Part shown: piece by piece, positions 27,254 to 37,033 of the stretch
How positions within the stretch are numbered: position 1 is the stretch's first letter
Layout: the number at the start of each line of letters is the position of its first letter
IMG/VR virus record: IMGVR_UViG_3300010401_000009
Location: 1-55,357 of that record
DNA: 55,357 nt
Source of the DNA: a virus
Taxonomy: Duplodnaviria; Caudoviricetes
Reading direction: 5' to 3' (one strand)
Program-made: the position numbers and the translations under genes
Notes under the pieces: generated by a model
Databases searched by the model: none
What the model saw: only the letters and a program-made list of their open reading frames with translations
Told to the model about the DNA's origin: nothing

Positions 27254-27267
27254 CCACTGTGTAGACA

Positions 27268-27283
27268 ATCACACGCCGTGCCA
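27268..27283 (-). promoter_or_regulatory. Sigma54-like promoter variant TGGCACGGCGTGTGAT
   Basis: Perfect -24 TGGCACG, non-consensus -12 (GA); intergenic, just upstream of the palindrome. Confidence 0.4.
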
Positions 27284-27287
27284 GGTG

Positions 27288-28411
27288 TCAATCATTCGTC
27301 GCGTGCGAGCGGATCTCCGCGAGCGGATCGCGATCGCTGCCTGACCGCGCGGCGCGAGCGGCGTCGACGTCCGGGCGCTCGAACAGGTGCCATCTGCGAT
27401 CGCTACCGAGGTGGCGGACCTCGGCGAACCAGGGTTCGTGGCGCAGGGTGGCGCGTGCCTCCTTTGCGTCGATGGTACCCGCCGGTCCATACCGGCGCAC
27501 GCGCTCGAGCACGAACCCGGGCGACAAGGTGGCGGCCAGCGACGCTCCTCTACGACGCGCCCGGTTCGTCTGCGCCGTGTCTCCTGTCACCCGATTCGCC
27601 GCCGATGCAAATGCCTTCAGCGTCTGCCCGATCACCATGCGCTCGGGTACCTCGTACGCGATCTCCGGACCCCGCTTCGTTTTCGCTGGTTCGTCGTCGC
27701 AAGCCGAGCACACCGACACCATGGCGTCGCCACGTCCGAGCGGGCGCTGCACGAACGGACCGCGGTCGTCAGTGCAGATCGCGCAGAACGCGCTCATTTG
27801 ACCTCGATGGCGCCGAGTTTGGCGAGCTGCTTGCGCACGACTCGGAGCATCGCGTGGATGTGGTTCGCGGCCGCATCACGCTTGCCGAGCCCGGTCCCCG
27901 TGACCGATCCGAAGATCGCATCGAACTCCGCGACCAGCATCGGGGTGGCTTCGTCGTACGCGGCGTCGAGGTGCAGGATCATGCTTTCGAGGTGCTGTTC
28001 GATCTTGCCGAGCACGCGGCTCATGTGCGTGTCGGTCATGACCACCTCGCGCGGCCCATCGAGTCGCGCCACTTCAGGTGCGCGATCACCAGCAGGTCAT
28101 CGCCGATCACGGCGAGCAGTCGGCCGAACGCGCGGATCAGGAACCACGCGAGGATCAGCACTGGTCTCCTCCGAGTCCGATCTCGGCGCGCGACTTGTCG
28201 ACGCTGACAGCCGTGTTGGCCGCGTAGGTCATCGCGCACGCTCAGGCGCTGGCGCTGCACACTCAACGGCGTGCTGGCGGTACATCGCGATGACCAGATC
28301 GGCCTCAGCCTGCGCGTGCTTCACGCGCTCTCGCATGGGCTTGCCGTCGTAGATGTTGCGCAGGGCGTCGACGTACGCCGCTGCGAAGATGGCGCGCTCG
28401 ATGTCGGTCAT
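27288..28411 (-). other. Small hypothetical genes (Zn-ribbon 27288-27797, 27794-~28039, 28229-28411 and others)
   Basis: Coupled ORFs; CAIC...CSAC in the first. Confidence 0.55.
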
Positions 28412-28558
28412 GACTGCTCTCCTCTTGAGCCCTCTGATGTTGAGCTCGAGCTGGGCCGGCCGAGGTAGCGCGGCCCACGCCGGGGGCATGACGCCCAGCG
28501 GTGCTCGATGCGCTCACGGTAGCACGGTTTCGCTCACCGATCGCTCGTGAGCGAAACC

Positions 28559-28780
28559 TCAGACCCGCGGGGGCCAGTGCCATGTACCAGGCGACGTGCC
28601 CTCGTCGATGCTGGTCGCCCAGTGGTCTGACGGACCGTCGAGGTGGACCTTGAGGTTGATCTTTCCGCTATCGCCGAACACTCTAACAACGGTCGCCGGA
28701 GCCTCTAGAGCACCGTTGTTCCCGAGCGTGGAGTCCGTCGGTAGGGTGTAGATCACGATGCGGCCGATGGTTGGCTTCAT
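28559..28780 (-). CDS. Conserved small phage protein (KPTIGRIV.Y...PA.V......NL.V..DG...GTWHWPPRV family)
   Basis: 73-aa ORF with ATGA coupling and a recognisable phage-family pattern. Confidence 0.75.
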   Translation of the reverse strand: MKPTIGRIVIYTLPTDSTLGNNGALEAPATVVRVFGDSGKINLKVHLDGPSDHWATSIDEGTSPGTWHWPPRV

Positions 28781-30085
28781 GAGCCGGACCGTAACACACG
28801 CCGCAGCTCGGCAGCCTCCGGGCTCGTGTCCTGCCATAGCTCGGCGTGCTGCTCGGGCGTCAGGTTGCGCGCCACGCGCTCGAGGTGCTCGCGCCGCTGC
28901 TGCGCCTGCGCCAGCGACAGCAGGTCGAACCCTCGCTCGTCGCGCTGCATAACCCAGTGCTCCGGGGCCGCGAGCACGGAGCGGATCTGGAGCTCGAGCC
29001 ACTCCGACCCCGGGCGTGGCGTCCGGGCATGCAGCGCGGCCGGGGACAGCATCAACTGGTCGATCCCCAGGCGGAACACCTTCGTGCCGAGGCGGACCGC
29101 GGCGATCATCGCCTGGGTTGTCCGAGTTCCAGGAGCGCAAACCGTTGCTCGGCATCGTCGAGCGACGCGGTCGCGACCACGGTGCGCTCGTCGGTCGTGG
29201 TCACGGCATCGGCTACCTCCGCGACCGCGGGGACAAGCACCGCCGGCGCCAGGCGCTTCGCGATCGTCGGCTTGTCGGCGCACGCCTGCGCGCGATCTAC
29301 GGCGTCCTGCCCGATGCTGTCGGCCCGGCACGCGTGCGCGTCGTACTCGCGGCGCGCGACCTCTGGATCCCCAACGCGCAGCCCAGTTAACCCGCACGCG
29401 CAGCGCGCGAAGTAGGAGGCCACAGCAAGCCGGCCAGCCTCGACCTCATGCTCTACGTCGGCCCACTTCGCGACCTGGCCGGTGTCGAGCACCACGTGCA
29501 GCGCGAGCGCGCGGTTGCGGCGGGCGACGTCGGCGCGGACAATATCGACGTCTCGCCGGTACCCCGCCATCCTCGCCTCGAACTTCGCCCGGCTCTCGCC
29601 GTAGCGCGGCCGCGGGGTGCTGTCGACGGAGGTGATCGCCGGCGTGTAACCCTCGCCGGCAGCGAGATCCGCGGCGGTCAGCGGCTCCACGAGGTCTTGC
29701 TGCTCGGCGCCCGCGGCGGTCGAGTGCAGCGCGATCCCGAGCACAAGTAATGCTTGTCGATCATCATTCGAGCCAGCGGCGCGGAACGCAGCCCGACGTT
29801 CGCTGCGGGACATCGCACGGTAGGACTCGAGGTCGAGACGCCCGATGTCGTTGCTCATGGCAACAACGCCCCCTGGTACCCGATCCGCTTGGCCTCGTCG
29901 CCAAACACGCGATCGATCTCGATCTCGAGCACCTTCCAGTCGGCCTTATTGTAGTCGTGGGTGCCGACTGCTCGTGTCCACAGGACATGCAGTGCCGTGT
30001 GCGCTACGTGGTATCGACCGAGTAGGTCGCGAACTTCTGGATCGGTCTCCGATCTAAAGGCTTGACGCGTACCCTGATCGCGCAT
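28777..30085 (-). other. Three coupled hypothetical genes (28777-29109, 29106-29858, 29855-30085)
   Basis: ATGA overlaps between successive ORFs. Confidence 0.6.
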
Positions 30086-30131
30086 GCCATACCGGAGCAC
30101 GACTCCGGGGGCAGGCGCAAGTACCTCGCGA

Positions 30132-30434
30132 TCAGGTCGCGGTCGTCGTCGTATCCGCGGGCAGGAACGCCGCCACCTTCGCGGTCTCGGCACGCATCCC
30201 GTCGATGATCGACTGGAGCGCTTGCGCGGTCGTCGGATCGATGCCTCCGCCGGCGATCGCAGCCTGGAGCTGCGCGATCTGCGCCTGCTGAGCGGTCGCG
30301 AACGCGAGTAGCGCGTCGGTCTTGGCCTCGAGGTTATGTTAGGCGTTGCTGAGGTCGTCGAGCTTGCTCATGATCTGGTCCTGTTTCTGCGTGATCCGTT
30401 GGAGTGCGGCGCGGTCTCCGCGGGTGAAGAACAC
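30132..30434 (-). pseudogene. Coiled-coil phage protein interrupted by an in-frame TAA (30339-30341)
   Basis: MFFTRGDRAALQRITQKQDQIMSKLDDLSNA*HNLEAKTDALLAFATAQQAQIAQLQAAIAGGGIDP...; the frame and amphipathic pattern continue past the stop. Confidence 0.7.
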
Positions 30435-30458
30435 GCGGTGTGGTAGCACGCGCCGGCG

Positions 30459-30869
30459 CTACTCGTCCACGCTGGCGCCCGGAGGCAACGCGCGCTTGGC
30501 CGCGAGCTCGGCCTCGAGCTCATCGACGCTGAGAGCCCGCACCGCCTCGCGCCCGAGCGCCGCCATCTGCTGTTCGTACTCGTCGTCGGACAGCGGCGCG
30601 CGCCCGCTAACCCGTCGCGCGAGCAGCTGCACCTTCGCGGCCTCGAGCTCCTGCTGGGCGAGGTTTCGGTAGCCGTCCTGGTAGAGCCTGGCGACGCGGC
30701 ACCACTCCTTGCTCGGCAGCCCGACGGGGTTGTCCCGCAGGTCTCGCTCGAGCCGGGCGGCGAGCAGTCCAAGCATGCTCGCCTGGCGCTCTGCCTGTGA
30801 GCGCAGGAACTGGCGCATCCAGCCGTTGTGGCGCCAGGCGTCGCGCGGTTCTGCGGCGGGGGTCGGCAC
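30459..30869 (-). CDS. Helical hypothetical protein (possible terminase small subunit)
   Basis: 136-aa helical ORF ending LSVDELEAEL, reminiscent of TerS tails; function is a guess. Confidence 0.35.
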   Translation of the reverse strand: MPTPAAEPRDAWRHNGWMRQFLRSQAERQASMLGLLAARLERDLRDNPVGLPSKEWCRVARLYQDGYRNLAQQELEAAKVQLLARRVSGRAPLSDDEYEQQMAALGREAVRALSVDELEAELAAKRALPPGASVDE

Positions 30870-30963
30870 GTGCTACGCCGACAGCATACACCACCGCGCT
30901 TGATCAGGCGTCGAGATCGATATCCGCCCGCTCCTCGCCCCGGCGCCGCTGCTCGGCGTCGTC

Positions 30964-31158
30964 CTATCGCTCCTGATCGATCTCAGAGCGCAGCGCACCG
31001 ATGATCTCGTCCAGTGCCCCGCACCGGATCGGTCTGTCCGACGTCTCGCGCTCAGCCTCCGCCAGGGCCAGCACGGTCGTGCCGGTATGCCGAGCGCGCA
31101 AATCCAGCTCCCGCTCGAGAGATGCGGTCTCGCGTGGCCACTCGCTGCGCGGTCTCAC
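30964..31158 (-). CDS. Small hypothetical protein
   Basis: GTGA-coupled 64-aa ORF. Confidence 0.45.
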   Translation of the reverse strand: MRPRSEWPRETASLERELDLRARHTGTTVLALAEAERETSDRPIRCGALDEIIGALRSEIDQER

Positions 31159-31934
31159 GCGACACCTCGCGCGCTCAGCTGGCCCAGCGTGGCGCCGCCG
31201 GCCAGGCGCTCCGCGGTCTGCTCGAGGTCCCGCATGAGGTCGCCGGTGCTGCATGGACCGGCGGCGAGCACGACACCAGACAGCAACGGCGCCCCAGTGG
31301 TCCGATCTATGCCGGAGTATGCGGCCTGTACTGTCGCCCGGCCCCTGGCATCCGTAGCGCGGTCCCGGTGCGACTGCACCATGCCAGGAGTCAGAATGTA
31401 TCCGGCGGGTAGTGCGGTCGCCACCCGGCCCGCGATGATCGCCTCGAGACCGTCGGCGCTCAGCTCCATCGCGTCTGCGATCGGGCCCCACTGGAACCCC
31501 ACGCCGTTGGCGGCGCGCTCGTAGTCAGTGCGGGCCGCGCGCGCGGCGTCGAGCAGGTCGAGAGCGGTGGGGGCATCTGAGGCGCTTGCTCGGACGGCAT
31601 CGCTCCATGCCGTGTACGCGCGATCCGCCGCGGCATCAAGGGCGGCGCTGAGCGGCGACGACGCGGACACCTCAGCACGCGAATCGGCAGCCGCCCGGTA
31701 CTCGCGAGCCGCATTGACCACGGCCTGCTCGATGCTATCGTCGATCGCCAGGCAATAGCGCGTGCCGCGACCCAGCCCGCTGGTCACGACGGCACCGCCC
31801 TCGATGAGCGAGCCGAGCGCCAGCGCGAGCTCGGCTCGTGTGCATCCGCTGGTAGCGCATAGCTCGCGCGCGGTCAGCGCCTCGTCGCGCACGAGGATGG
31901 TCAGGATCAGCGAGGTCAGTTCGAGGTGACTCAC
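31155..31934 (-). CDS. Winged-HTH-containing protein
   Basis: LTARELCATSGCTRAELALALGSLIEGGAVVTSGLGRGTRY winged-helix pattern. Confidence 0.7.
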   Translation of the reverse strand: MSHLELTSLILTILVRDEALTARELCATSGCTRAELALALGSLIEGGAVVTSGLGRGTRYCLAIDDSIEQAVVNAAREYRAAADSRAEVSASSPLSAALDAAADRAYTAWSDAVRASASDAPTALDLLDAARAARTDYERAANGVGFQWGPIADAMELSADGLEAIIAGRVATALPAGYILTPGMVQSHRDRATDARGRATVQAAYSGIDRTTGAPLLSGVVLAAGPCSTGDLMRDLEQTAERLAGGATLGQLSARGVA

Positions 31935-32152
31935 GACTGCGCCTCCGAGTCGGCGATCACGTCAGCGACCTCGGACAGCGCTTCCTCGCGCGACATCGCT
32001 GCTGCCCGCGCGCGCTCTGGATCGGTCAGCGCGATGTCCTTTCCGACGGCAAGGCCGAGCGCGCGGTCACAGATCGCGACCTGCATGTGGTCGCCGTGGT
32101 TTGCCGCCTCGGCGGAGAGAGCGTGGATTTGAGCGGTGGTCGGGGTCTTCAT
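31931..32152 (-). CDS. 73-aa helical protein, paralogue of 34400..34609
   Basis: TTAQIHALSAEAANHGD...AICDRAL...EVADVIADSEAQ; GGGAG RBS. Confidence 0.8.
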   Translation of the reverse strand: MKTPTTAQIHALSAEAANHGDHMQVAICDRALGLAVGKDIALTDPERARAAAMSREEALSEVADVIADSEAQS

Positions 32153-32167
32153 GGTGATCTCCCATAT

Positions 32168-32183
32168 TGCTTGCGCCGTGCCA
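32168..32183 (-). promoter_or_regulatory. Sigma54-like promoter TGGCACGGCGCAAGCA
   Basis: GG-N10-GC, 15 nt upstream of ATG 32152; 15/16 identical to the copies at 34190 and 34370. Confidence 0.7.
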
Positions 32184-32241
32184 CGATGTAGTAACGTGCA
32201 AGTTGTTGTGATCCTACTAGACGCAACGCGCTATATATTCT

Positions 32242-32294
32242 GGAGTGTTGCACGCCAGTCACACCACCCGGATACGAGTCGCAACACTCCGGAC
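32242..32294. promoter_or_regulatory. Enhancer-like box TCGCAACACTCCGGAC (32279-32294) with inverted half-copy GGAGTGTTGC (32242-32251)
   Basis: 16-mer identical to 34300-34315, about 95 bp upstream of the -24 element at both loci. Confidence 0.65.
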
Positions 32295-32342
32295 AACGGT
32301 CCATAGCGCCAGACACTTGACGTAACGGTGCTCACAATGCGA

Positions 32343-33814
32343 TCAGATCCGCTGTCCCGGCGCGATCGGGTGCAGGACGGATCCGGTCACGAGCCGACCG
32401 ACGGCCGCCATGAGCGCAGCGGAGTACAGCCGATCGATCCGGTCGGCGAGCGCTGCCAGCGGGTGGATGATCCCGTTCAGGCGCTGCTCTTCTCGCGCGC
32501 TGGCAACGAACCACGCGAGCTCGTCATCGGGCAGCTCGTAGGCGCTCGACTTGTACGCCGCCGTGCCGGTCGGCATCGGGGGAACCCTGGGCAGGTCGGT
32601 CATCGCGCCTACCACCTGTTTCTGGAGCTCATGGAGCGCTCGCACAGCCTCGCTCCTGGCATGCTCGGCGGCCATCAAATCGGCGTGGTCGCGCTCGGCC
32701 TGGTCGTTGGCCGCGCTGATGCGGCGCTCGAGGTCGACCGCCTTGGCCTTGCGCTCGCTCAGCTCACATCGCAGATCGTCCACGAGCGAGCACAGCCGGG
32801 CGATCTGGTCAGTGGTCTCGCGCGTGACCTGAGCGCGCGCTGCCTGTTCCGCGGCCCGCTGCTTTCGCTCCTCGTCCAGCGCGCTCGCGAGCAGCTCGCA
32901 CCCCTCGCCGAGTTGGTACGCTTCATCGTCGCTCAGCTCGACCTCGTACGGAAGTTCTCGTACAGCCTTCGCCTTGGCTGCCAGCTCGAGCAGATCGTCG
33001 ATGTTGAGCGGCGCCGGCAGCGGATATCGCACGTGTGCAATCCGCTCGGATTCCCGCGCCATCACCTCACCTCCATCTGGCGGATGATCGACGCGATCTC
33101 ATCGGCCGCCGACCGGCAGATCTGTTCGAGGGCGCCAGCCTGGTAGGCGAGCCGGCCGCGCGCCGCCATGTCGGGATCGGTGCCGCGCTCAGTGGCCGCC
33201 GCGCGCTCTGCCGTGTACTCGGGCGCCGCAGCGAGCCTCGTGGCCAGCGCGCGTAGCCTGGCGATCGCGTCCGCGCTCACGACGCGCCCCCTATCAGCTC
33301 GAGACACGTGCGTCCCAGCGGCGTGAGCGCCGACATCACGGGGCTCAGACCGCCGCCGTACGAGTGCACTAGTGCGCGCCGGTGAACCGATCCGTCTATG
33401 CGGAGCTGCGCGCCGAGCTCGGAATCTACGGTGATGTATCGCTGAGGTCCAGCCTGCAGGTGACGCAGCCTTGCCACGTGGCATGGCCCGCAGCGCGCCA
33501 TAATCATCGCGGCGGCCTGGCGCGCTTCGTCGCGCGTCACGACGCACCTGCCGACGTGGTTCGTAGCCGTTCCGTTGCCGCTTCGATGTTGCTCATGTCG
33601 CGCTCCTTCCGATGGTGGTGATCACGTGCTCGAGGTCGCGGTACGCGCGCTGTGCTGCGATCGTCGCCTCGTCGATATCCTTGACAGCCTTGCGCTGCTC
33701 GCCTGCGGTCACCGATATTTCCCGGCGGGCCACCTGCAGCTGCGCGATCGCGATCGACAGGCTGCGCATCGCGGTGCACGCGCGGGCGTACTCGATGTGG
33801 CGGGTGTCGCTCAC
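32343..33814 (-). other. Coupled hypothetical genes (coiled-coil 32343-33065, 33062-33280, 33277-33540, 33593-33814)
   Basis: 4-nt overlaps; no recognisable function. Confidence 0.6.
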
Positions 33815-33817
33815 GGC

Positions 33818-34174
33818 TCAGATCTCCTGCCTGTCGCCGGGACGCTCCATCGACTGCGAGATCGTGCCGTCGGGATGCACGGCGACATCCGGCACGCCGG
33901 GCACGGGCCATCCGTCGGCGCCGTAGTAGTCGGTCGACAGCCGGGCGCGGGCCGCGGGATCGTAGCCCTGGCGCGCCTCGTCGACATGCCTGGCGGTGAG
34001 GCCCAGCCGGCGCGCGGTCAGGACATGCTCCGGGGCCGCCGGGTCGGCGAGGTACTCGCGGATCTGCGCTGCCGCCGCCGGGTCGCGGTGCATGGCGCCT
34101 GCGTAGTGGATGAGCTCGTCGCGGCCGGTGGCGCGGAGATGGGCGATGATTGATTCCTGGTCGGTGATCGTCAT
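33818..34174 (-). CDS. Hypothetical protein, first gene behind the leftward sigma54-like promoter
   Basis: ATG ACG ATC ACC start 15 nt after the promoter motif. Confidence 0.65.
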   Translation of the reverse strand: MTITDQESIIAHLRATGRDELIHYAGAMHRDPAAAAQIREYLADPAAPEHVLTARRLGLTARHVDEARQGYDPAARARLSTDYYGADGWPVPGVPDVAVHPDGTISQSMERPGDRQEI

Positions 34175-34189
34175 GATGACATACGATAA

Positions 34190-34385
34190 TGCTTGCGGCG
34201 TGCCACCTGATCTGGTGGCCCAACATCGCGACATCACGATCGACGCGTATCTTCTGCACGTCACGAGTGACGCAAGATCCTCACGCCTATGGATACGGAT
34301 CGCAACACTCCGGACCTGGTAATCCGGACGCGCGCTGGTCGTTTCTAGCACTTGCGTGTCGATCATACCTGGCACGCCGCAAGCA
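34190..34385. promoter_or_regulatory. Divergent pair of identical sigma54-like promoters TGGCACGCCGCAAGCA (34190-34205 minus, 34370-34385 plus) with a central 16-bp box at 34300-34315
   Basis: Exact 16-bp inverted repeat; each copy is followed after 14-15 nt by ATGACGATCACC. Confidence 0.75.
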
Positions 34386-34399
34386 AACCGTTGATCACC

Positions 34400-34609
34400 A
34401 TGACGATCACCATCACCACCAAGCTGATCCGCGCTCTCCGCTCAGAGGCAATCGCAGCCGGCGACTATGCCCAGGCCGACCTTTGCCAGCGGGCACTGTC
34501 AACCGACACCATCGACCAGGACGGCAACCGGATCCCGTACGCCGAGATGACCCAGGACGATGCGATCGAGGCATGCGCCAGGGTGATCGCCAATGCGGCT
34601 GCGCAATGA
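34400..34609 (+). CDS. 69-aa helical protein, paralogue of 31931..32152
   Basis: TTKLIRALRSEAIAAGD...DLCQRAL...ACARVIANAAAQ. Confidence 0.8.
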   Translation: MTITITTKLIRALRSEAIAAGDYAQADLCQRALSTDTIDQDGNRIPYAEMTQDDAIEACARVIANAAAQ

Positions 34610-34892
34610 CCTAATCGCTGACCTTGGCATGGACATCGACCGTGTAGTGGCGATGCGGCACGGGGTATCACCTGGATGGGTGCAGCGGCTCCGCGCGCGC
34701 CATCGCATACCGCCATATGGAGCATCGGCCCCCGCTCAGCTTGCGACGCCTGACCTCGTAGGTCGATCGCGGCACGAGCGCCGTATGTCCGGCCTGACCG
34801 TGCGCGAGATAGCCGATCAGGACGGATGCTCGCCATCATCGGTGAGCGATGCGATCTCCCTGTATCGATATCGGTCACTCGACGAGTCGTAG
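34593..34892 (+). CDS. Small double-HTH DNA-binding protein
   Basis: DRVVAMRHGVSPGWVQRLR and GLTVREIADQDGCSPSSVSDAI HTH-like segments. Confidence 0.65.
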   Translation: MRLRNDLIADLGMDIDRVVAMRHGVSPGWVQRLRARHRIPPYGASAPAQLATPDLVGRSRHERRMSGLTVREIADQDGCSPSSVSDAISLYRYRSLDES

Positions 34893-35131
34893 CGCGGTCG
34901 TCGCCAGCGCTTGTACCAGCGGATCTCGTGCACCATCCCGCACGTCACGTCGTCGTCCGCGAGCACGACGCATCGCAGGTGCTGCCGGCCGCGGTGCTTG
35001 CCGCGCAGCTGCACGCGCACCGACGCCACGCCGTACCGCCGGCCGGTCTGCGTCTGAATGACGCGACCGACCTCGACGCGAGCAACGAGGTCGACGTAGA
35101 TCCCGACCACTGCTCCGGCAGGAGCTGTCAC
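34817..35131 (-). CDS. Hypothetical protein
   Basis: Coupled to the methyltransferase stop; converges on 34593..34892. Confidence 0.55.
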   Translation of the reverse strand: MTAPAGAVVGIYVDLVARVEVGRVIQTQTGRRYGVASVRVQLRGKHRGRQHLRCVVLADDDVTCGMVHEIRWYKRWRRPRYDSSSDRYRYREIASLTDDGEHPS

Positions 35132-36285
35132 TCTACGAGCCTCAGCGCCGTGCGGAGGATCGCCGGGTCTGACCTCCCGTGGTCGATCTCGTGCACGATG
35201 CAGCGGGCGCGAACCTCATCAGTGACGTCGGCCGCGTGGGCGTAGAACAGCGCGTGCGGGAACGGCATGTCGCCGGACTTTTCCACGCCCGGAGGCGGCT
35301 CGAACTCCATGCGCTCGCCGACGGGGTGGCACACTACAGCGGTCCGCTTCCAGAGATCGGGGAACCACGCTTTCACGTCCGGAGACCAGCGGAGCAACGC
35401 GCAGAACCGCGTGTGCCCGTAGTGCGCGATCGCCTGCGGAACGAGGTCGTACGGCGGCTGGATCCAGACGCGGGTGAGCTCGTCGGCGACGCCGCTTCGG
35501 GATCCGTGTCGCTCGCCGAGCAGGTAGTTCCCCGGGTGTTCCCCGGGCCTGCCTCCACCGAATGCGTCGCCTCCGTCCTCGAGCATGCACCTGGTCACCG
35601 ACGCGATGTGTGATCGCGGGTTGGAGAACGGGTCGTGGTCCCATGTCCCGACTGCCCGGGCCCACTCGGAGCTGGTGCACCACGTGCCGCGGTCGACTTC
35701 CCCGCTGCCTCCCTTGACGTTCGCCTTGCCGTCCCGCAACACGCGCTTTCGATCCTCAGGCTTGAGGCGCTTGATGGCGTCGATCACCTGGTCGGCGGTG
35801 AGCTCGGCGAAAAGCACCTGCGCCGGGCGCGTCGGCGGTGCCTTGGCTCCGGTCTGACCGTCGTCATCGTCATCCGGATCGGAGGTGCCGCGGGGTCGCA
35901 GGTCAATGCCGGCCTCGGCCATGCTCGGGAGCCGTGTACGCTCGTCTCGTGGTGCATCGGCGTCCAATGCACCACGGAACCGCTCGGCCACGACCTCCGC
36001 GTACCGGATCGCGTCCTTGGCCTTGTCCGCGCCGATTCCAGCGGCCAGCAGGAACTCGGACCAGCGCTTTGCGCCGGGGCCGCTGACCGGGTGACGCGCG
36101 CGCTCGACTGCGAGAGCCTGCCCGAGCTCGAGCCTGGCCCGGCTGGTGAGCTCGCGCGCGGTGGCGTGCCGCTCTAGCGCCTTCGCCTCGTGCTGCTCGG
36201 CGTCGGTGAGGGCGCGCACCTTCGCCTTTACGAGCGCCAGCGATTGCGCGCTGATGCCTTCGATGATCGCCACGGCTTGCTTCAT
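35128..36285 (-). CDS. Phage Dam-type N6-adenine methyltransferase-like protein with an N-terminal DUF3102-like domain
   Basis: WCTS...HDPFSNP...RVWIQPPY...AWF...RMEF...PFPHALFY follows the phage Dam motif order; N-terminal LELGQAL...WSEFL...GIG..KA..AIRYA. Confidence 0.7.
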   Translation of the reverse strand: MKQAVAIIEGISAQSLALVKAKVRALTDAEQHEAKALERHATARELTSRARLELGQALAVERARHPVSGPGAKRWSEFLLAAGIGADKAKDAIRYAEVVAERFRGALDADAPRDERTRLPSMAEAGIDLRPRGTSDPDDDDDGQTGAKAPPTRPAQVLFAELTADQVIDAIKRLKPEDRKRVLRDGKANVKGGSGEVDRGTWCTSSEWARAVGTWDHDPFSNPRSHIASVTRCMLEDGGDAFGGGRPGEHPGNYLLGERHGSRSGVADELTRVWIQPPYDLVPQAIAHYGHTRFCALLRWSPDVKAWFPDLWKRTAVVCHPVGERMEFEPPPGVEKSGDMPFPHALFYAHAADVTDEVRARCIVHEIDHGRSDPAILRTALRLVE

Positions 36286-37033
36286 CGTTCACCCCTGGCC
36301 GCACGGCGCGCCTCGTTTCGCTCTCGTTGCTTGCGCGCGCCCTCGATCGCGGACGGCGTCGTGTTGGCCCGTGCGCGAGCCACGAGATCGGAGATCTCCT
36401 TCTGGCTCATCGGCCGCGGAGCCAGCAGGCGAGCGCGCTTGAGCTGGTTGGCCGTCGTCGTCGACGACTTGGTGAGCGGAAACGCCCTCACGGCCGCACC
36501 TTGTCGAGCGCCGCGGCAAGCTCTGCATCGCCTGCGAACCGCGAGCAGCCGCGAAAGTGGCTTCCCCTCGAGCACCGGCCATCTGGGTGATCGCACGGAC
36601 CGCGCATCTTGAGCGCAGCGGCAGCGATCTCTAACAGCACAGGAGCAGCGTTGCGAAGCAGGGCGACGCCAGCGGTGTTCGCCCCGACCGGCACTCGGCC
36701 GACATGGGCGATGAGCTTGAAGAGCTCGCGATCCACCACGTCTCCATCGAGCGCATCGTCGCCGACATCCCACGGCGCCGGTAGCATTTCTCTTTCGCAC
36801 CGCTGTAGGTCGGAGATGCTGTACTTGTAGTCGATCATTGCTATCCCCCTCTCTCGCGCGGCAGCCTTGGCACCCGCGCTCGTCGTTGATGGTTGGCCCG
36901 CCGCAGTCGATGCACCAGGCGATGTGCATGGGACGGTACTCGCGCGCGGCAAGCTCGGACGGCGCGCTCGCGGTCAGCCACGCGAGATCCTGCGGACGGT
37001 CGTGACGGGCGGATCGTCGTCGACGTCGCTCAC
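36282..37033 (-). other. Small hypothetical genes (36282-36491, 36488-36838 and short ORFs)
   Basis: Coupled minus-strand ORFs. Confidence 0.5.

Noticed and set aside
6448-30341. Genome-wide stop-codon reassignment
   Set aside because: The two internal stops differ (TGA, TAA), and TGA, TAG and TAA all end normal genes.
30864-30879. Plus-strand GG-N10-GC site (CGGCACGTGCTACGCC)
   Set aside because: Poor -12 element and no credible plus-strand gene downstream; likely chance at high GC.
32153-34400. CRISPR array, DGR or tRNA in the repeated intergenic regions
   Set aside because: No regularly spaced repeat-spacer units, no reverse transcriptase or TR/VR pair, and no cloverleaf recognised; the repeats fit promoter motifs better.
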